64,000 nt of DNA from Candidatus Moanibacter sp. Its GTDB lineage: Bacteria > Verrucomicrobiota > Verrucomicrobiia > Opitutales > UBA2987. Of this stretch, positions 58,626 through 64,000 are shown one piece after another. The stretch spans positions 14,737 through 78,736 of the forward strand of contig CBDCEW010000088.1 in the NCBI GenBank assembly GCA_965215885.1. Reading direction: 5' to 3'. Position 1 is the first letter of the stretch; every line of letters begins with the position of its first letter. Under the pieces are notes generated by a model, which worked only from the letters and a program-made list of their open reading frames with translations, ran no database searches and was not told the DNA's origin. Both the position numbers and the translations under genes were made by a program.

Positions 58626-60255
58626 TCCCGCTGAGCGCATTTGCGTTAACCTAAGGAGAAGAAACAAGAGAGGAAATCAAGTCGAGAACGCTTTTCATAG
58701 GTGCAGTGTTTGGGGATTTGTTTGAGCCATCGGGGGATGATCTGATCTTTGGGAATGTGAGAGAGGATGAAGAAGTAGGGAGCAAAGAAGCCAAACCAGT
58801 AGGAGAATTTAAGGATACTCAGAGGAGAGGACAAACTGGTATTCGAATAGTGTCTAAGGGGACCATAGACGAAGTTGAGTAAGTGGGTAATGAGGATGAG
58901 ACGGGCGTAGATAAGAAGCTCAACCTGGTAGGGAGTAGTCTCTTTGACCTGACCGAGATTAAGATGTTGCTTAAAGGCCTTAAAGAAAATTTCGATGCGC
59001 CAGCGAAGCCCGTAAAAGCTCAGAATCTGCTTAGGGCTAAAGTCTTTCTGATGGAGGTTTGTAATAAAGATTTGGAAACCGAGAAGGAAGCTGGTGCGGC
59101 TGGTATATCGAAGTCTATTGTCGCGGTTTTGTCTATGCTCGCGGCGGCGTTTATGGGCCACCTTCTGAGGGAGTTTGACGGCGATCAGACGAACCGGAAG
59201 CTTGGCTTTTTTACCCACCCGAACGGGCATATCGAGAAGCTTTTGGCCACGTAAAAGTTTGCGTAGATCGAGCTCTTCATCGCCTTCGTTGGCTAAAAGG
59301 CAAGTGCCGGTTTTCAAACGACTCACAAAGAAGCAGCCGCGCTGATCGAGTTGCTTAAAGACATCGAGGACAAAATAGCCTAAGTCGCGCAGGATCAAGT
59401 CGTTGGGTTGAGCGAGAGCGAGAATGTCTTTGGAAGCAGCCTGATCGTTTTTTCGGAAGCTACTGAGGCTGAAGTCAACGAAGGATTCATTGCGCAGATC
59501 GTAATAGGCCTGAATCTTCAGTTGAGCCTGTTTGGAGCCTGTCTGATTGGACGCTCCGGGGAAGAAGGGGGCCAGGACCTTAGGCAAGCCAATCGAAGTG
59601 CTGTCGGCAATGAGAACCCGTTCAAAGCTCCTCATGCAATTTGGAACAGCTCTGCCCACAGGCCCATAAGCTTTAAGTTCTAAAAGCCTCAGGAGCACTA
59701 AGGTCATAAAAGCGGTGGCTTTTTTGGCGCACTTTTGGACCGCTTGTCTGGAAATGGTGCGGTTGGCTAAGAATCCAATAAGCTCGGCTTCTTTGCCAAG
59801 GGACAAGGCCCCCTTAGAAGCCATCGCCAGCAAAGCCAAAACAAAGTTCAGAGGGGAGATCTTGCGCGATTTCCTCTCTCTAAAACCACTCTGTTTAGCG
59901 AGGGCTGTGAGGTTCAACTTACGGAAGGTTTGACGGATACAATCAGCTTTTTTTATACTTTGCATCCGAAGGATAAATCCTATATATGAACGAATGTACA
60001 GTATAAAATGCTGCCAAAGTGAAAAAAAATGGGGTAGCCGGTAAAAGTAGAGAAGATAACCCGGCCAAAATGCACTCGCTCAACTGCGAATTTCCTCACC
60101 GCTGTGGTCGAAACGAAGCAAATAGAAAAGGGCGAACAAATGGAGTGGAACCTCGAGGATAGAGACACCCTCATACTCCGCCGCAAAATACCTCGCAAGT
60201 CTTTGAATCTGACTAAGTTGCGAAAATAAGGTTTACGCGTATGCGCTGAGCGGGA
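58626..60255 (-). mobile_element. Intact IS4-like insertion sequence (1630 bp)
   Basis: The terminal IRs are tcccgctgagcgcatttgcgttaacc and ggtttacgcgtatgcgctgagcggga (22/26 complementary). TTGG occurs at both junctions. A second, decayed copy lies at 33027-34510. Confidence 0.85.
58646..59965 (-). CDS. IS4-family DDE transposase
   Basis: The 439-aa uninterrupted ORF fills the element. The IS4-type assignment is from general resemblance only. Confidence 0.7.
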   Translation of the reverse strand: MQSIKKADCIRQTFRKLNLTALAKQSGFRERKSRKISPLNFVLALLAMASKGALSLGKEAELIGFLANRTISRQAVQKCAKKATAFMTLVLLRLLELKAYGPVGRAVPNCMRSFERVLIADSTSIGLPKVLAPFFPGASNQTGSKQAQLKIQAYYDLRNESFVDFSLSSFRKNDQAASKDILALAQPNDLILRDLGYFVLDVFKQLDQRGCFFVSRLKTGTCLLANEGDEELDLRKLLRGQKLLDMPVRVGKKAKLPVRLIAVKLPQKVAHKRRREHRQNRDNRLRYTSRTSFLLGFQIFITNLHQKDFSPKQILSFYGLRWRIEIFFKAFKQHLNLGQVKETTPYQVELLIYARLILITHLLNFVYGPLRHYSNTSLSSPLSILKFSYWFGFFAPYFFILSHIPKDQIIPRWLKQIPKHCTYEKRSRLDFLSCFFSLG

Positions 60256-60394
60256 TTGGACGGTGGATGTGGAAATACGCAATACATTGAATATCAGCCT
60301 CTTCTACGCAAAACCTTGCTATAAAAACACGGTTCTTCCGGATTGTAATACGAAAGGGAGGGGAACAAGTGCGAATAATCAGACAGGTTGTTTA

Positions 60395-60900
60395 TCATTG
60401 CTCGCCGTGTCGTGAAGCCTCTCCTACAGCCTGGCGGTTGTCGTTTCGTCCAACCGTCTTCACCGAGTCAAGAGGGAAGTGCAGCCAGGAAAAAAACTTT
60501 GGCGTAAGCCTCGTCGTAAACTTTGTCGATTGATAAGAGGAGGTCCGACAGAGCATAGGACAAAGTTGACGACAGAAAATCGAAGGTGGTCGTCGACGCA
60601 CTTCCGAGTTTCTTCCCCAGCTTTGTCGCAAGCTCTGTCGATTTTCGAATTTAGATCACGATTATGATTACGATTAAGATTGGAAGTGGACGTGCGCTCG
60701 AAGGCTGGTGGTGGCGTAGAGAATACTGTCGATTCTCTTTTCGATTTTCGACTACGATTATGACTACGAATTTCGATTAGGAATCGGCTCGAAGTGCGGT
60801 CGATTCGTGGGTTTGAAGGTAGGGATCGAGGCGTAAAGCCTCTCCTACAGCCTGGCGGTCGTCGTTTCGGCCAACCTTCCACTCGCTACGGAAACATTCG
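60395..60900. repeat. Repeat island (two partial family E units, GATTACGA-type short tandem motifs, GACAAAGTT-type motifs)
   Basis: cctctcctacagcctggcgg occurs at about 60415 and 60840. cgattatgattacgattaag is at about 60655 and gactacgattatgactacgaa at about 60750. Compare 18630-18660 and 34566-34590. Confidence 0.6.
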
Positions 60901-61072
60901 GCGGAAGATTCTTAGAGAAGGGGGAAGATAGTTCCATGTATTTGAGGAAGTAGAGGGCAAAGAGCCCGTCGGACTTCGCCAAAGAGCCTGTTTCTCGTTA
61001 TCGAAAATCCCCCGGTCTCGTGCCGGGGATTCTTAGGTTATCAAGCTAAACGAGGAAGTTTTCTACCGTTGG

Positions 61073-61124
61073 CCCCGCCCCCTGTCCGACGCTCGCGAGC
61101 GCGAGCGTCGGACAGGGGGCGGGG
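61073..61124. repeat. 52-bp GC-rich hairpin with perfect 24-bp arms
   Basis: ccccgccccctgtccgacgctcgc (61073-61096) pairs perfectly with gcgagcgtcggacagggggcgggg (61101-61124). It is preceded by the hairpin cccccggtctcgtgccgggg, which is like the one at 2072-2090. Confidence 0.85.
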
Positions 61125-61275
61125 TAATATTCGGCTGCGATTGTAGCTGCAGGAACCAGCGCAAACCCGGCATCCCGCTGAGCGGGGCCGGGGGAATCGG
61201 ATACGCAAAGGATGAGACTGAGTACATACCTCACACCGACAGATTCCTGGAGAAACACGGAATTAGGCTGGTGCG

Positions 61276-61290
61276 TGGCACAGTGGTTGC
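61276..61290 (+). promoter_or_regulatory. Candidate sigma-54 promoter TGGCAC-N5-TTGC upstream of flgB
   Basis: tggcacagtggttgc matches the -24/-12 core consensus exactly and lies 14 nt before the ATG at 61304. Confidence 0.45.
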
Positions 61291-61303
61291 TGTGAGCCGG
61301 AGC

Positions 61304-61687
61304 ATGATCGAAGGAATTTTCGCGGATGGCAACTACCAGACGGCCAAAGCGCTACTCGACGCATCAGCTTTGAGGCACAAGGCGCTTGCGAGCAACCTGG
61401 CAAACCTGGAAACACCCGGATACCGGCGGGTTGAACTCTCGCGCTCTTTCGAGGAACAGCTGATTTCGCATGTGGAGCGGGGAGAGTTTGAGCGAATCTC
61501 TCAGCTGAAACCAACGCTGAGCGAAGATCCGAATAGTCCAGCGGTGAGGCCGAATGGAAGTAATGTTGAATTGGACAGCGAGCTGGTGGAAATCGGCCGA
61601 AACTCGCTTGAGCACGAAGTTCTAACGCGTTTTCTGAGCGGATCCCTAAATCTCTTGAAGAAGGCAATCACCAGTCAGAGTACCTGA
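61304..61687 (+). CDS. flgB: Flagellar basal-body rod protein FlgB
   Basis: ALLDASALRHKALASNLANLETPGYRRVEL. The ORF-track GTG at 61271 would bury the sigma-54 motif, and the ATG at 61304 gives the usual FlgB N-terminal length. Confidence 0.85.
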   Translation: MIEGIFADGNYQTAKALLDASALRHKALASNLANLETPGYRRVELSRSFEEQLISHVERGEFERISQLKPTLSEDPNSPAVRPNGSNVELDSELVEIGRNSLEHEVLTRFLSGSLNLLKKAITSQST

Positions 61688-61704
61688 CGGTAAACGGGGG
61701 AATA

Positions 61705-62139
61705 GTGTCTATGAATTTAATGCCCGGAATCTCAATTACGGCCGATGCGCTCAATGCGGAGAAGATTCGGATGAATCTTGTGGCCCAGAATATCGCCAAT
61801 GCGTTTACCACGCGTGGGGCCGATGGTGCAGTGTATCAGCGAAAGATGGTGTCCTTCGAATCGTTTCTTGAGAGAGAGAACGGGTTGAGTCGGGACATGC
61901 CGCAAGTGCGAAGCGTACGTGTAGGAGGAATATATAACGACGAGTCCCCCGGTAAAGAGATCTACAATCCCGACCATCCCCACGCCAACGATCAAGGCAT
62001 GGTGACACTGCCAAATGTGGAGATATCGCGGGAGATGGTTGACCTGATAACATCGTCGCGCACCTACGAGGCAAATCTCTCAGTTATTCGAACCGCGCGC
62101 CAGTTGGCGCGTCAGGCACTCGCTATCGGCAGGCGTTGA
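61705..62139 (+). CDS. flgC: Flagellar basal-body rod protein FlgC
   Basis: LVAQNIANAFTTR, YNPDHPHANDQGMVTLPNV and ITSSRTYEANLSVI. Confidence 0.9.
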   Translation: MSMNLMPGISITADALNAEKIRMNLVAQNIANAFTTRGADGAVYQRKMVSFESFLERENGLSRDMPQVRSVRVGGIYNDESPGKEIYNPDHPHANDQGMVTLPNVEISREMVDLITSSRTYEANLSVIRTARQLARQALAIGRR

Positions 62140-62160
62140 TCGGTTCTCCAGGAGGCTACA

Positions 62161-62427
62161 ATGTCCCTTTTTGATTCAATCCAGGGAATGGGTAATTCCC
62201 TTCTTGAAAATCTGGGGAGGAACAAGCTCGCGGGAGAGGTGGGTTCGGCCGGTGGGGATACTCCTTTCGAATCGTTTAAGAAGGTGAGGAAACAGCACCT
62301 TGTTGAGGAGATTGATAAGTTGCGCGATTCGGCCCTCATTGACCAGCTGAGGTCAAACGATCATTTAGGAAGGTTCCTGAATTCGAACTTCCCTGGAAAG
62401 ACCGGAATCGATAGGGGCAAATGTTGA
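62161..62427 (+). CDS. Small hypothetical protein between flgC and fliE
   Basis: A strong Shine-Dalgarno (AGGAGG) lies 5 nt before the ATG. The ORF is 88 aa and no family was recognised. Confidence 0.45.
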   Translation: MSLFDSIQGMGNSLLENLGRNKLAGEVGSAGGDTPFESFKKVRKQHLVEEIDKLRDSALIDQLRSNDHLGRFLNSNFPGKTGIDRGKC

Positions 62428-62476
62428 ATTCGATCGGTTTCAAACCGCGGGAGGCAGTACACCTTCTTTCCCTGAA

Positions 62477-62680
62477 ATGCTCGAGGACCTCGTCAGAAGC
62501 GTCGACGCCAAATCGAAGGCGGCAGGAGTGGAGAAGGAGAAGCTCATGCTGGGTAAGACGGATAATATCCACCAGAGCTTTATCGCAATGCAGGAAGCGA
62601 GCGTTGCATTTTCGCTCCTTGTTGAGGTTCGAAATAAACTCATAGAAACCTACCAGGAGCTGTCGCGCATGCAGGTGTGA
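62477..62680 (+). CDS. fliE: Flagellar hook-basal body protein FliE (start uncertain)
   Basis: The C-terminus IHQSFIAMQEASVAFSLLVEVRNKLIETYQELSRMQV is the FliE signature. The frame is open from 62381 but has no ATG, GTG or TTG before 62477. Confidence 0.75.
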   Translation: MLEDLVRSVDAKSKAAGVEKEKLMLGKTDNIHQSFIAMQEASVAFSLLVEVRNKLIETYQELSRMQV

Positions 62681-64000
62681 TGAGTAAATTTCTGCAGCAG
62701 ATTGCCGGTTTCTGGAGGGCACTGGGCCTCAATCAACGGGTGTCTATCGTATTTTCCATATTCGGCGTGTTTGCCGGAATGGTTGCGTTGCTGATCTGGA
62801 CGAGCCGGCCGAGTCTGCGGCTGCTCTACGGGCGGCTGGATTCAAAGGATATGGCGGAAGTCATCGCCGCCGCGGAGGAGAAAGAGATACCGTATCGAAT
62901 GGGTGCCGGAGGAAGCTCCATATTTGTGCCCGGCGATCAGGTCTACCGGTTACGTATGGAATTGGCCGCAAACGGAATTCCGAATGGAAGCGGGGTCGGT
63001 TTCGAGATCTTTGATCGCGGGAATTTTGGAATAAGCGATTTTGTGCAGCGTACAAACTATATTCGCGCGGTGCAGGGTGAGTTGTCGCGTACCATCAGTC
63101 AGTTGCAAGGCGTAGGTTCGGCCAGAGTGATGATAGTTGTGCCGGAGAATCGATTGCTGGTGACGAACGAAAAGGGTCGCGCCACCGCCTCGGTCTTTAT
63201 CGATACGGGTGGGGGACAGCTTGCGACTGAGTCAGTGAACTCGATACGCTTCCTGGTGGCAAATTCCGTTGAAGGACTACTGATAGACGATGTTGCCGTG
63301 GTCGACAATCATGGGAATGTACTTTCGGAGGAATTGCGGCAGGTTGGAGTAGCGGGCGCCTCCTCCGGGCAGTTGAAGTATCGAAGGGGACTCGAAGAGT
63401 ACTACACCAAGAAAGTGGAGACGATGCTCGGAACCGTGGTTGGTCCGGGTAATGTAGTGGCTCGGGTATCCGTGGAAGTGGATTCGGAGGCCTCCACGGT
63501 CCTGGAAGAACGTTTCGACCCGGAGAGTCAGGTAGCGCGGTCTGAGACGCAAGTGGAAGACACGACGGTTTCGAACGAATCCCGACCGAGGCAGACGGTT
63601 GGGGTGACGGCAAATGTGCCGAAAGAGGGAGAAACTGAGAACGCGGGATCGTCGAATGCCATGAGTACGTCGCAGGAAGTGCGGAAGAACAAGACGATAG
63701 CCTACGAAATAAATCGTTCCACCATAGAGACGGTGAAAAATCCCGGAAAGATTACCCGCATAAGCGCCGCGGTCTTTCTTGCCATGCGGATGGATGGAGA
63801 GGGCGAAAATGCCGAGCCTCTACCACGGACGGAGGAGGAGCTGAATTCGCTCAAAGCGATGGTCGGCAATGCCCTCGGGATCAATCTGGAAGCAAAGAAT
63901 AGCGCCGGGTCCCTTATAACATTAGAAGAAGCTGTCTTTGAAGGACTGCCGGCACCGAGCGAAGAGGGATTTACTCTGCTCCAGGACAAAATCATGCGCT
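62680..64000 (+). CDS. fliF: Flagellar MS-ring protein FliF, N-terminal about 440 aa (continues past window end)
   Basis: Absent from the ORF track because there is no stop in the window. The ATG overlaps the fliE stop (TGATG). Translation reads MSKFLQQIAGFWRALGLNQRVSIVFSIFGVFAGMVALLIW...YRLRMELAANGIPNGSGVGFEIFD...NYIRAVQGELSRTI. Confidence 0.9.
   Translation, partial: MSKFLQQIAGFWRALGLNQRVSIVFSIFGVFAGMVALLIWTSRPSLRLLYGRLDSKDMAEVIAAAEEKEIPYRMGAGGSSIFVPGDQVYRLRMELAANGIPNGSGVGFEIFDRGNFGISDFVQRTNYIRAVQGELSRTISQLQGVGSARVMIVVPENRLLVTNEKGRATASVFIDTGGGQLATESVNSIRFLVANSVEGLLIDDVAVVDNHGNVLSEELRQVGVAGASSGQLKYRRGLEEYYTKKVETMLGTVVGPGNVVARVSVEVDSEASTVLEERFDPESQVARSETQVEDTTVSNESRPRQTVGVTANVPKEGETENAGSSNAMSTSQEVRKNKTIAYEINRSTIETVKNPGKITRISAAVFLAMRMDGEGENAEPLPRTEEELNSLKAMVGNALGINLEAKNSAGSLITLEEAVFEGLPAPSEEGFTLLQDKIMR

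Noticed and set aside
18380-61260. Possibility that the recurring repeats form a CRISPR array
   Set aside because: The repeats are dispersed and of several unrelated families. They are not regularly spaced with unique spacers, and no cas genes are present.

Overview
This 64-kb chromosomal segment is gene-dense, with coding regions separated by intergenic islands packed with repeats. The repeat types and protein repertoire suggest a PVC/Verrucomicrobiota-like genome, but that is only an inference. All calls come from reading the translated ORFs and the DNA by eye; no database search was run.

Housekeeping genes:
- rpoN (5' part, runs off the left edge)
- a Ser/Thr kinase, an A-type Fe-S carrier, ubiE/menG, a ClpX-like AAA+ ATPase and an HU/IHF protein
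- hisS, a YbdK-type ligase, a membrane pyrophosphatase and NDH-2
- an SF2 helicase and an amidase
- the start of a flagellar operon, flgB-flgC-fliE-fliF (fliF runs off the right edge)

Accessory and regulatory content:
- An ECF sigma factor and a cupin-type anti-sigma factor lie divergent from a block of two DUF4331 genes, a TPR gene and a HupE/UreJ gene. The TPR gene is cleanly split by a 2.4-kb IS element.
- Two membrane-anchored HEAT-repeat proteins follow the sigma/anti-sigma pair.
- A minus-strand signalling block runs hypothetical gene, CheD, HDOD, sensor kinase, receiver, hybrid kinase. The hybrid kinase carries an in-frame TAG.
- Also present are an HD-GYP response regulator and a RAYT-like HUH transposase.
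- The IS content is an IS110-family transposase gene plus one intact and one decayed copy of an IS4-like element.
- Repeats include a 161-bp MITE-like element (2 copies), several dispersed repeat families and very long perfect palindromes.

I found no tRNA, rRNA or CRISPR array.

The best candidate for an undescribed system is the sigma-controlled DUF4331/TPR/HupE module.
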